NCBI GenBank assembly: GCA_026023565.1
Contig: JAPETS010000070.1
Coordinates: 62,001-83,582, forward strand
Origin: Cirrosporium novae-zelandiae
Lineage: Eukaryota
Length of the DNA stretch: 21,582 bases
Direction of reading: 5' to 3'
Translations under genes and position numbers: made by a program
Part shown: piece by piece, positions 10,853 through 21,582 of the stretch
Numbering within the stretch: the first letter of the stretch is position 1
Layout of the letters: each line of letters begins with the position of its first letter
The notes under the pieces: generated by a model
Databases searched by the model: none
What the model was told of the DNA's origin: nothing
What the model saw: only the letters and a program-made list of their open reading frames with translations

Positions 10853-11370
10853 TTCGTGCAAAGCAGTCTTTTGACAGCTTGGTGCTCTGGTGCTATGGTC
10901 AAAGTAAAGATCGTGAGCTTTTTTACTTTTTTTTACTTTTTGGCTTTTTCGCTTTTTCGCCTTTTCATCAATCAATTTCACTAAATTGAGCAAAAGAAGG
11001 TTTAGGATCCTTAAAGTATCTCACGGCGCCTCTGTGTCTATGTGCCTAGGTTCCTAGGGTCCTAGGTTGTTAGGGGACCTTGAAAGACCTTGCGGAGACC
11101 TTGAGAGACGTGGAGCAGTTAACCCGACTAGGAGTATTGTATCCATCTGGTCATGTAAAATACCCGAATCCAACATCAAAACCGATTGGATACAGAACTT
11201 GAATCTTTTGTCTCGGCATAACTTGTCTTCCATTTGCCTTGCCATTCCACCCTTCTAGAACTCCTTTGATAGAACAATGGCGGCGTTGGGTGTGATTCAT
11301 ATTAGGCCTTAAAGCATTTTCTTTCATGGACCAAAATAGAAGGAACAAGACCCCTGGAACTTGGGATTCA

Positions 11371-11411
11371 CTGGTAATGGTCTGGTAATGGTCTGGTAAT
11401 GGTCTGGTAAT
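11371..11411. repeat. 11-bp tandem repeat (CTGGTAATGGT) x3.7
   Basis: Perfect units at 11371, 11382 and 11393; partial unit at 11404. Confidence 0.92.
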
Positions 11412-12251
11412 CGACTTGTAATTACACAGTAAACAGTAAAGAAGAAAAGAAGAAAGAAAGAAAAAAAAAACAACCCTTGCAGAAAACGTGGAAGCTCATC
11501 ATAGCTTCAAACGGAGAAAAACTGAGAGAGAGACAAGACCAAAACAAGGTCAGACAGCACCGAAGCACGCCAAAACAAAAAAAAAAATATACCTGTCTAT
11601 CTGTTTGAAAGAGTTGTTTGGTGGTCTCCAGCTGAGATAACTTGAAAGTCTGGAATAGGAACTGCCGGATTTTTGGTATGCTCCTCCATCCTCGTCCAAC
11701 ACTTTTCCCCCCTAAGTTAAATAAGTTATAATAAGTTACCGCTGCACTTTCACCCTTCCGTCACAGCGTAACTTTAGACCGATGTCCCATCGTCCGCGCG
11801 CCAGGCTGGGGACAGCCACTAACTAACTGTACTTCTCAGAGTCTCGGGCCGCATCTGCTTTTGAACATCAGCCCTTTTTTTTTTGTTCTTCACTTTCTCT
11901 GATATTAATACGTTGATGTGGGAACATGCTGCGGGGCCTACCATCTTTCTGACGACAATATTCAGTTTCTGTTAGTGTTGCTCTTCCATCGATATCAATT
12001 CACCACCACCCCCATCACACTTCACTACTAACTTTTAGACCCTTTGAGAGGCGATAAACGTTCAACCTCAACACCACCCTCCAACACACCTTCCGATCCC
12101 CGAGTCCGAAGCAACGCCAGCCTCAACTTACTTGCTCAGCCCTTGGATCCTGCAGTCGATATATCTGGATATGACGACGGGTCAACCATTGAACAACCTA
12201 TAGATCAATTGCACTAAGTCGTAGTCTCTTGTCTTCCTCTACGGTGCCATC

Positions 12252-14386
12252 ATGGGGAATTCCTCTGGCAAGCCGGTTATCTTTACGAATGAAGGTACGT
12301 CCTTTTTTCTATTGTGCTACCAAAGAACAGTACATGGCCACCGGAGACTAGCTCTCCCTTTGACAGCATATTCTTATCCCCGCTTTGGTTTGCTGTCTAT
12401 CGTCTGTCTGACACTGACTGGTTTCGTGTGCAGTGAACCTCAACCACTTTCGACTTCTGCGAGTAGTAGGAAAGGGTGCTTTTGGAAAGGTCCGGATTGT
12501 CGAACGAAAAGATACGGGATTGACATTTGCTCTAAAATATATCCGCAAAGATGAAGGTTGGTCAATGCCACCTAATATTTAAGGTTCAATCAGTCAATTG
12601 AAACTCATATTGCGCTCAGTGGTACGGTCCGAGAGTGTCAAAAACATAATACGAGAAAGGCGCATGCTTGAACACCTAAATCATGCCTTCCTATGCAATT
12701 TGAGATACAGCTTCCAAGACATTGAGTACATGTAGGTGAACTTGATTCTTTTCTTTTGTTTGTTCGCTCAAGGGAATATAGATACATTGTGGTGGATCTC
12801 ATGAATGGTGGTGATCTTCGATTCCATATCTCTCGCAAAACATTCACAGAAGATGCTGTTCGTTTCTGGATGGCGGAGTTGGGGTGCGCGTTGCGGTATG
12901 TGCACAATCAAGGGATATGCCATCGAGACCTCAAACCCGACAACGTCCTACTTGACTCGGATGGACATGTCCATCTTGCAGATTTCGTGAGTAATTTGTT
13001 TAAGCCGTCTCAATCGATCAAGCTGACATGAACTAGAATGTAGCGTCAGACTTCACTCCAAATCGACCCATGCACAGCAAATCCGGGACAATGGCGTACC
13101 TTGCTCCGGAGGTGTACGAAGGGAAGGGATATTTCAGTGAAGTGGACTGGTGGTCGTTAGGAGTGACCTTCTATGAATGCATTTATAACAAGGTCCGCTG
13201 CCTTCCCTCTACCTCTTGTAAACTCGCGGCGCCATTAACAAGTTTGTCTAGCGGCCATTTGAGGCGAGGCATCATGAGGAATTGGGAGAGGAGATCAAAA
13301 AAGCTAATCCAAAGTACCTCATTACTCAACCCCCAGTTTCGATACCCTGTGTCAATGCCATGCGACATTTGATGGAGAAGGATAGGTCGAAGCGAATTGG
13401 GGCCATCTCATTCGAAAGCTTTACAGACGACCCTTTTTTCCAACCCCTAGATTTCTACGCCCTTGAGAGAAAGCAGATAGCTCCCATCTTCCGTCCGTCT
13501 AGTGACAAAACGAATTTCGATGCAACCTACGATCTTGAAGAATTATTATTGGAAGAAGCTCCTCTTGAAGCCAGAGCCCGAAGACAAAAACCAAGACCCG
13601 AATTAAAAGAGAATGCGACAGAACAGGAGATACGGGAAGAAAGGCTGCATCAAATGATCGAACAAATGTTTGAGCCTTTTGATTATACTGCCGCCACCTT
13701 CGACCGGTAAGGATGAGATTTTTTTTATGTTCATCTATTGCCTTACTGATTCATTCGCTCCTAGCATTCATGAAACAGGCAGTTCTACAGATGCTCTGCA
13801 AACGAATCACTCATCTTCAGATCCTTCCCAAAGTTCAGGTCAGTACAAGAAGAGTATGGAACAAGGCGGCGACTCAACTGGTTCTTATCCAGCTCTCCCC
13901 GTCCACGAACCACGTCGATCCGCTCCCGGTACACCTGCGGGCTCCCCACCACTTCGCGTTGGCCAAGACAAGGCCACCCCCCCCTCCGATGCCGGTTACT
14001 TTCCTCCTGATGGGCACATGGCGGGAACTACAACACCACCCCCCGGCGTGTCGTTCAGCCGCCCACTACCTCAACAGCAGCCCGAGCCCATGAAACAAGC
14101 TCCCACGTCACACCCATCTCCCAACACTGGGATGGCCTATCGCCCGCGCGGGGCCACCCGCAGCACGAGCAAGGGTGGAGGGTTTCAAGTCGTCCTGGAT
14201 GAAGCAGGCAGCTGGTCTGATCTAGCTAACCAGAGCTCGACGAATATAGATCCAGCAGATGCGTACAAGTCGAAACCGAGCGGCATGTTGGGTTTCTTGA
14301 GCAGAAAGAGAGGAAGGGAGAGGAGTCCCAAACCACAGGAGCCTGGAGTATTAGGAAAAGAAGGTGCACGTGTGGTGATAGGGTAG
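12252..14386 (+). CDS. Ser/Thr protein kinase, AGC group, YANK/STK32-like; exons 12252-12294, 12434-12556, 12620-12731, 12782-12986, 13037-13192, 13252-13706, 13765-14386; ~571 aa
   Basis: Six GT-AG introns give a continuous frame: MGNSSGK (myristoylation-type start), [35 protein letters not shown] (DFN in place of DFG, typical of YANK/STK32), [32 protein letters not shown]. Confidence 0.93.
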
Positions 14387-16813
14387 ATCCGGTAGCGGTG
14401 TTGATGAACGATACTCGATGTTAAACGATTCGGTGAAGAATATATCTATCTAACTGGCCTATTTTCCCTTTGCGGTTTATTTGAGTTTAGAACCTCGATT
14501 TTCGGTGTGCGGGAGTAAACTGGTCATGGAGCTCGATGAGGAGTATGCGCTCGTATGTGCTTATTCCACCTGTCCTAAGAATTGCATGTTTGGTAGGTAA
14601 GTTGATGCGTGAGGGGGTCCATTTACGGGATATATTTAAAGAGATGACTTTTTTTTTTCACTTTCAGTTCACGTTTTCCATTGCCCACGAAGGGGGAAAA
14701 GCATTTCCAAGGCGTTGGTTGGAAGCGACTTGACGGGCACACAGTACATTCTGCTTGATTGTTGGCCTGGGCGTGAGGGTCTTGATGCTTGAGATGCGCT
14801 CTGGTGCAGGTGCTACTCGTTGATTCCTTTTAATGATTGGCTACTTGGTCTTGCTTGTACATTTACATTTTCCAGATTTTACCTGGTAACTAGTTAGGTC
14901 ATGAGATGAATATGAACAGAATCAAACAATGCAGAGATGAGGGATGGATTCGCTGGACTAATGTATCATGTAGGTGCTCGCTGGATATATCAGCTCTAAG
15001 AGGTAGGATTTAGGTGATCATGATGGAGCTTGGGCCCGCCGCTGTGCCTTCCTGCAGCCATGCTGTTGTACACGTACGGCACGCACTAATTTGTTGAGTC
15101 CCTGGCACCATCTTATTATCCACACAATGACTTATCGTGTGGCAGTTTTGGCGGGCATAATCCACGAATCATCTACGGGGTAAAGCGACCAGACCTTAGG
15201 CATCGAGATCAACGCCGAAAAAGAGGAGACGAATCTACCTTCGCGATAGAGGTATTCAGTAAGGCATATTTCGACGCCCACCCCAAGGGTTCCTCCCTCG
15301 TCATATTTGTACTACCATCCGATACATCATAAAGCGACTACGACCAGTTTTGGGTGAGGGGTATGACGGCTTAGAGTATTAGGAAGGTCAGATATGGATA
15401 AGAACGAAGGATATGTGGGAATTTATTCTTCTGTTTGAGTCATCCCAAGGCTGAGGCTCTTGCTTATTGGGCTTCAGACCAATGTGAATCGGCTGGGTGA
15501 ATTAGTAGCAAAGAAGGATGAGAGGGTTGGCAGTGTGGCAGTGTATCTGGGGCGTCGGTTGCACTTTTACGGAGTTCTTTAGGTCAAGGGTACTCTTAAG
15601 TCGGGCTCCTGTAGTGTCTCGGACTCCTTTTTTTTTGCTTTCTGGAATAAGTACGGAAGTGGAGATGGAGGGCTTTGGACTTGACTAGGTCCCATTTGTT
15701 TGCTGGGATTAATGGGGGGGATGTTGGAGGAAAAGTGTTATGCGAGTGGTATGTGTAAATATTTGACGCCCGATGAAGTTTGTAGGATTTCTGAAGATGT
15801 AGGATTTTTGAAACCTGAAAAGCCCAAGAGATTTATTGCTATGATTTTATTTTAAGATTAGATATAGTTGTTCGATGAAGATTGTTATTGCCCGGTTCTA
15901 GTGGGTGAGAATGAAGATTGAAAATGGAGATGAGAATGGGGGATAAGGATAGGGTGGTGTGTGGTGGGGGGAGGGGGAGGGGGGGTGGCATAGTGATGGC
16001 GACGTCATGGTTGGGAGCTGAAATGGTAAACTTCTGCCTTGCTACCACCCGATCCTGGGCTTTTTAGGGCCACCAGTTTGTTCTTCCTTGGTATTCTAGA
16101 GAAGAGGGAACACCGGACAAGTGAATTGCATGGAATTGCAGGGAATATAGATAGTAATACAGGGAATATTGAATTACTTGAATTACTTGAGAAAGAATCC
16201 AACAGAAGAAAAAACTCGACCCTCACACACACCCTCAACTACCTATTACCTATTACCTACCCCTACCTCGGCCATTCCTTTCAACTTTTCTCTCCATCGA
16301 CAACAATACTTCCATCTACCATTTTTCTATCCATCACCATCATCATCAGCAGCAGCATCATAACCATCGACAAAATCATCAACTCCATCAATCTGTTGAT
16401 CCGAAAAACCTCATCAAAAAAAATCTAAACCAACTGGCACGCATCATTAAATACCACGAGGCGCTAATCATCACACACCCCGCCTTGCGATAACCAACAA
16501 GTGACGGTTTCCCCCCCCTCACCCAAAACAGGCGTGCTCTGCCCACCCGTCCCCAAACCATCCGACCAGCTATCAGCAGAACATTCAACGTCTCAAATTC
16601 ATACTATTCCTGGTGCCACTTTTCTTGTCACTGGCATTTCTACCACAGCTTTGATATCAAGACTTCCCCAAACCTCACTTTCTGCTTAACTTTTATCTCA
16701 CCCACATTCACTTCTGCTTAGCCTTGTGATCAAAATATTCACCTGATATTATAACTGAGTATCCCAGCTTCAACTGGAAGCGGTATTCCGCCTCTTGAAT
16801 TCTGCAAAACAAC

Positions 16814-19736
16814 ATGTTTGTCATCACCAAAGAGCGCTTGCGTTCTCATTCCCGTCATGTTGAACATGTTACTTATTCTTATCCAAGGTCGTATACAGTC
16901 AAACGCTACATGTATCCAGAGGAGGAGGATCGTATCAGCGATCGAATAAATGCCCTTGACCTCGATCGAGATCGAACCAAGGTCAAGGAAACTCGTCTCG
17001 TCCGTCGAGAAGAACCCGATCCCGATCGAGAAATCACTCGCATCCTTCGTCGAGAACCAGAACCCGATGAGCGAGATGTTGTTGTGTCTAAACGCTACTA
17101 CGACGAGGACGATGAAGTCGATCGTGATGTTCAACTTCGAAGATACGAAACAGAGAGAGAAGTAGGTCTCGGTCCGGGACGTTACGAAAGAGAGAATCGG
17201 TACGACCGAGAGGATGCACCTGCCCGTGACGATATTCAACGATATACTCGCCAAGTTGAATACTACGATGCTCCTGACACCCGCCCAATTGTTATTCGCC
17301 CTGCTCCTCAACAGATAATCATTCAAGAAGCACCACCAAAGACAATCTATATCGACCGTGATGAATCAGATTACCAAGTGGTCCGTAGAGAGGATGCCGA
17401 AGAGGAACGCCAAGTGGTTCGACGAAAGCCTAAAGAGGATTACGTTTATGAAAAAAGGACCCGTGAAGTTGAGCGAGATGGCCGGAGGGAGGACGACTTC
17501 TACGATGAACGTCGATACCGTGATAGACGTGGTCGAGCCCGATCTGTGAGCAGTGACGGCAGTATGGTTTATGTCAGGAAAGAGTATCGAGAGGAATACG
17601 ATTCCGATTACGATAGTCCTCGACATAGACGACATCTTGCCGAAGGTGCAATTGCTGGTATCGGGGCTGCTGAACTACTTCGCCATCGCAAAAAGGGTGA
17701 GGGTGAAGAGGTTTCGGGTGGAGCCGGCCGGATAGGTAGGGACGTTGCTGCCGCTACCATCGGAGCAGTTGGTGTAGAGGCAATCAAACGAGCAAAGAGT
17801 CGCCACCGAAGCAGAAGTCGCCGCACCCGTTCTCTTTCATCAGAGAGAGGTTACTATCGAGAAAAGCGGCGACATAAACACCGACATCATTCTCGCAGCA
17901 GATCCAGAGCCAGACAACTTGCCGGCTTAGGATTGGGCGCCGCGGCCATCGCAGCGGCAGTATATGCCAACAAACAGAAGAAGAAGGCAGCAGATGAAGA
18001 GCGACGCAGCCGTTCCCGAACTCGGCGTGACTCGGTCTCCGTGGATAGCGAAAGCGATACAACCAGAAGCTCAAGTCGCCGGAACAAACGCATCGCTGAA
18101 GCTGGCCTAGGAGGTGCAGCAATAGCGGGCCTCATTGAACGTGCACGAAGCAGAAGCAAAAGCAAGAGCAAGTCCCGACATGGAAGGTCCCGATCACGCA
18201 GCAAGATTCGTCAAGCTCTGCCTGTTGTTGCAACGGGACTGGGCAGTGCTGCTGTGGCCGGTCTCTACGAAAAGCAGAAGGATAAGAAACGTGATAAGGA
18301 GAAGCGAAGGAGATCAAAGTCCCGAAGCAGATCCAGGTCTGTGTATTATGATGGTCCCCGTCATGCCGCAGCAAGTGACCCTGGCTTGATAGAATACGGT
18401 GACCAACCAGTCTATGCTGGCTACGCTAACAACTACGTCCGACCCGCGAGCCAGGCTGGGTTCTACGATAATGGGACTGTGGTCCCTTCAAGGCACCGAG
18501 AGAAAAGTGTCAGTCGAGACAAGCACTATGCCAGCGACTCTGGTACTGATAGAAGTTCAAGACGCAGGCATAGGCGACGAAGGGGCAGTGAAAGCCGTAG
18601 CAGAAGCCGCGGAAAGGATATTGCCACCGGGGCTGCTGCTGCTGGCGCTGCCGCTTTGGCTGCACACGAATATGAGAAACGAAAGGAGCGGAAGAAGGAA
18701 AAGGATCAGAAACGTTAGTAGCAGCCCTTTTTTACATTTATTACCCTTATTAACAGCGACAAGGCCATTCGCATTCCCGTGACCACCGCTCCCATTCACG
18801 TCCTCGTACCCACTCACGCTCCCGTGAGCGTGACCCTTATGAAGAAAACTTTGACCCTCGTTACACTCCTTCCCCACCTCTTGTCTCCGGTGGAGCGGGA
18901 TATCCCCCTACAACCGGGCAGTACTATCCTCAGACGAATGCCTTTCCTCCTCCACCGACGGCAGCGCAACCTCAATACAATCCTGCCGAATACCCTCCAC
19001 CACCTGGAGCCGCTCCTCCAAACAATATTAGTTACGACTATCCTCCCTCCCATGAAGGCTACGGGCCCCCAAATCAAGATCCATATGCCCCTAGGGTAAG
19101 AAGGGCCGATGAGAATGTGAGTGCTACGCCTAACGCTAATGTTGTCGACGAGCACCTTGATGAGGAGGGTGGGTTCAGCTTCGGGAGCTGAATGATGAAA
19201 TTGTTTGCTAATTTATACTTTTGATAGGTTTAAAAACACCAACCCAGCGCCAAAGCCCGCGTCCCAAGAATGATGCCCAGCTTAGATCCGTTAGCCAGCC
19301 TGCCCCCGCAGGCAAAAACGTGCAATTTGATTTGGGAGATTCTGATTCCTCTTCCCCTGATCCTGGAAGAGGGGCTCGACGACGCGACGATAAACGAGGA
19401 TACGAAAGCGGCGATAGCGACTCTACGCTTGATCATGATGACCGCAGCCAACGACCAAAGCGACATCATCGTCATCATCACCATTATCGCAAAACCCCTG
19501 CTCCTGGCGAAGCTTCTTCTAGACGATCTGCCGGCCAGGAAAAAACAGACAAAGGCCATAAGAGCGAAGGAGATAGCGACGAACCCAGCTCGGAAAGCAC
19601 AGTAGATCTCCCACCTCGTTTTGATGAACATGGGCACAAGATGCCTGATAGGAGAGAAGATCCTCTTGCTGACCAACTGGAAAATCTTCTTACTGGAAAT
19701 TTCAATTGGGGAAGCTTGCTCGGTAGTAGGAGATAG
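16814..19736 (+). CDS. RS/charge-rich intrinsically disordered fungal protein with DUF3824-like Pro/Tyr region; long isoform join(16814..18713,18764..19168,19228..19736), ~937 aa
   Basis: The 634-aa ORF continues through a 50-nt GTTAGT...CAAG intron into YYPQTNAFPPPP...YNPAEYPPPPG...RRADENV. A phase-1 intron (19169..19227) then leads into the 19221 ORF (KNVQFDL, STVDLPPRFDEHG, DPLADQLENLL). Family name is from recall of these motifs. Confidence 0.75.
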
Positions 19737-20990
19737 AGCGATTACAGCGATACCACAGCTCTTTTTAGGTCATGCCCGATATCTTTTTGTGTTTTGTCTT
19801 TTTTTCGGATAATCCATAGCGCTTTTTAATGACCTTGAATGATTAATGACAAATATGGGGAGAAAGCTTTTCATATTTTTTTTTTACGAATGGCTTATGG
19901 TTATGGTTATAGTTAATTAGGAGATATAAAAAGACCTTCTCATCCTCTTACTATAGTGATGTGTATGTCTTTTTCTTTTTCTACACAAACAAATAAGGAA
20001 ATAAGGAAACAAACAAACAAACAAATGATCTTTTTTTTCCTTTTCGGGGTAATTAGTAAAAACTTTTTAAGTTGGTTTTATAGTTTTTTACATATTTGTA
20101 ATGACTATGACGGTGATGATAATAAATGACAATGACAATGACAATCCATTAATTGATTAATTAATTACCTAGGTAATCGTTTTCTCTCCAAATTACTTTC
20201 ATTTCTTTTGATTTTATTAGACCATGTCGGTGGAAAAATAAAGAATAGGAAATCATTAGTGTGTGGTGTGGTGTGGTTTTTGGTAATTTGGTAGTTTGGG
20301 GGATGGAGAGAAGGAAAGGGGAAAAGGGGGAGGGGGGGGGTGATGGGGTTGTTGTGTATGTAGATGTAGATGTAGATGTAAAGAGTTATTTATCTGACCT
20401 GACTTCACTTATGTCAAATCCCAATATAAGAAAGGGGGGTTTGGGGGGGTTGGTTGGTTTGTATATTCCCTCTATTTTGCTTTGATAGATAGATGGAGAT
20501 GGAAATGGAGATACTACATAGACTAGAGCCGTATAATGTTCCGTTTGGTCTGGTTTGGCTTGGTTTGGCTTGGGATTTTGGGAGTGAAGGGGAGTGGGGT
20601 GAAAGCTCCATAGATATTAGATAGACTTGGTATTTGGCATTTGACATCTAGGATATCTAGGTAGGGCGATATGGGATATGGATACGATCAACACAACACA
20701 CGCACGGAAGTATTAAAATATCATCACCGACACCTACATATAAAATACAGAGATCGTAGAACGAATAGAATAGAATATCACGGGATGATTTTTTTTTTTC
20801 TCCTTTTTTTTTTTAAGTCTATCTACCTAGGCAGTTCCCCTTTAGGATTCTTGGGGGTTTGTGAGTAGAGTAATATGGAGTGGGTTGGAGTGAAGGCTGG
20901 ATATTAGATGTTAGATATCTAGGGTGCCTGGGTAGATATGTCAGTAACACGCACACAAGTATCAACACCAACAAAAACATCAACACCACC

Positions 20991-20998
20991 ATATAAAA
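20991..20998 (+). promoter_or_regulatory. Putative TATA box upstream of the secreted-protein gene, followed by a CT-rich leader
   Basis: ATATAAAA at 20991; pyrimidine-rich tract ~21060-21220 before ACAACATG-like start context (CAACATG) at 21225. Confidence 0.45.
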
Positions 20999-21224
20999 GG
21001 AAATCTCCGCACTAAACGCACTAATGACCTTTTCTATTGAAGACGCATTCAGTTAACAACACTTCTTCTTCCCTTCTTCTCTTCACCCACCCCATTCTCT
21101 TCTTTCTTCCTTCCTTCTGCATACTCTTTCCATTCACATTCACATACACTCTTTCCAACCCACACTCTCTTCTCCTTTTCATTTATTCACTTCATACTTC
21201 CCACCCTAACATCCCGTCTTCAAC

Positions 21225-21387
21225 ATGAAGCCGCCAACCACCCTCTTAGCTCTCTTTACTCTGGGCACTGTTGTCCTTGCTAGAGCCAGCCTTCCTGGTT
21301 TCATGCCCTGTGCCGGTGTTGGTGTTGGGGCTGCTGCAGGGGAATGCAGTCCGGTTGTTGAAGTTAAAGTGAGAGATGGGGTTGATG
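21225..21387 (+). CDS. First exon of a putative small secreted protein (gene continues past the window)
   Basis: Signal-peptide-like N-terminus MKPPTTLLALFTLGTVVLARA, two Cys, then a consensus donor G|GTGAGT at 21388 followed by low-complexity T/G-rich intron-like sequence. Confidence 0.6.
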
Positions 21388-21431
21388 GTGAGTTTGATTT
21401 TTTCTTTTTTTTTGTGGGGTTGTGGTTCTTT

Positions 21432-21491
21432 GGGGGGGGGGGGGGGGGGGTAAAGGGGGGGGGGGGGGGGGGGTTTAATGGGGGGGTGGGG
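21432..21491 (+). repeat. Poly-G tracts (G19-TAAA-G19-TTTAAT-G7-T-G4), G-quadruplex-compatible
   Basis: Read directly from the sequence; homopolymer lengths may be assembly-sensitive. Confidence 0.8.
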
Positions 21492-21582
21492 TTGGAGGAG
21501 TTTTTGAAGTCGAAGACGGTTACTTGGAAGGGGTGATGGGGTTGAGGTGTGGGTGTGGGTGTGGGGTGTGGGGTTATAGAGA

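Noticed and set aside
8623..12251. Telomerase RNA, snRNA, TPP riboswitch or transposon remnant in the long intergenic region
   Set aside because: By eye I found no TAACCCTAA template, snRNA or TPP signature, terminal repeats or transposase/RT fragments. An Rfam/RepeatMasker scan would be needed to exclude them fully.
13028..13045. Kinase lacks DFG, suggesting a pseudokinase
   Set aside because: The motif is split by an intron and reads DFN, which is normal for YANK/STK32 kinases; the catalytic Lys and HRD are intact.
16739..19705. Numerous antisense and alternative-frame ORFs over the DUF3824-like gene (similar ones overlap SNF2, the Rieske gene and the kinase)
   Set aside because: These are shadows of low-complexity coding sequence, with no independent coding signal.
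19740..21220. ORFs of 63-77 aa in the AT-rich, microsatellite-rich 3' intergenic region
   Set aside because: They are made of simple repeats (GTAGAT, GGTTT/GGCTT, AAAC, homopolymers) and show no coding character.
21388..21536. Poly-Gly/Phe C-terminal half of the 103-aa ORF
   Set aside because: It follows a consensus GTGAGT donor and derives from T and G homopolymers, so it is most likely intron read-through.

Overview
Intron-containing genomic DNA from a filamentous ascomycete (inferred from short GT-AG introns of mostly 47-63 nt with CTRAC-like branch sites, and from gene content). I reconstructed six complete spliced genes by hand, plus the first exon of a seventh. In order: a split-barrel flavin-nucleotide-binding (PNPOx/NimA-like) protein (+); a convergent six-exon Rieske [2Fe-2S] choline-monooxygenase-like oxygenase (-); a class III (SIRT5/CobB-like) sirtuin (+); a ~1200-aa SNF2 ATPase with SIM-like motifs and a reduced four-Cys zinc module (+); an N-myristoylated YANK/STK32-type AGC kinase (+); a ~940-aa RS-rich DUF3824-like protein (+); and the start of a small secreted protein (+). 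I found no tRNA, rRNA, transposon or CRISPR element, and I cannot claim a clearly new multi-gene system. The best leads are (1) a 22-bp, non-triplet minisatellite inside the sirtuin's putative mitochondrial presequence, which could switch isoform or localisation, (2) competing splice donors that swap the DUF3824 protein's C-terminus, and (3) the Rieske oxygenase/flavin-protein pair with a GATA-rich promoter. All family assignments come from motif recognition, not database searches.
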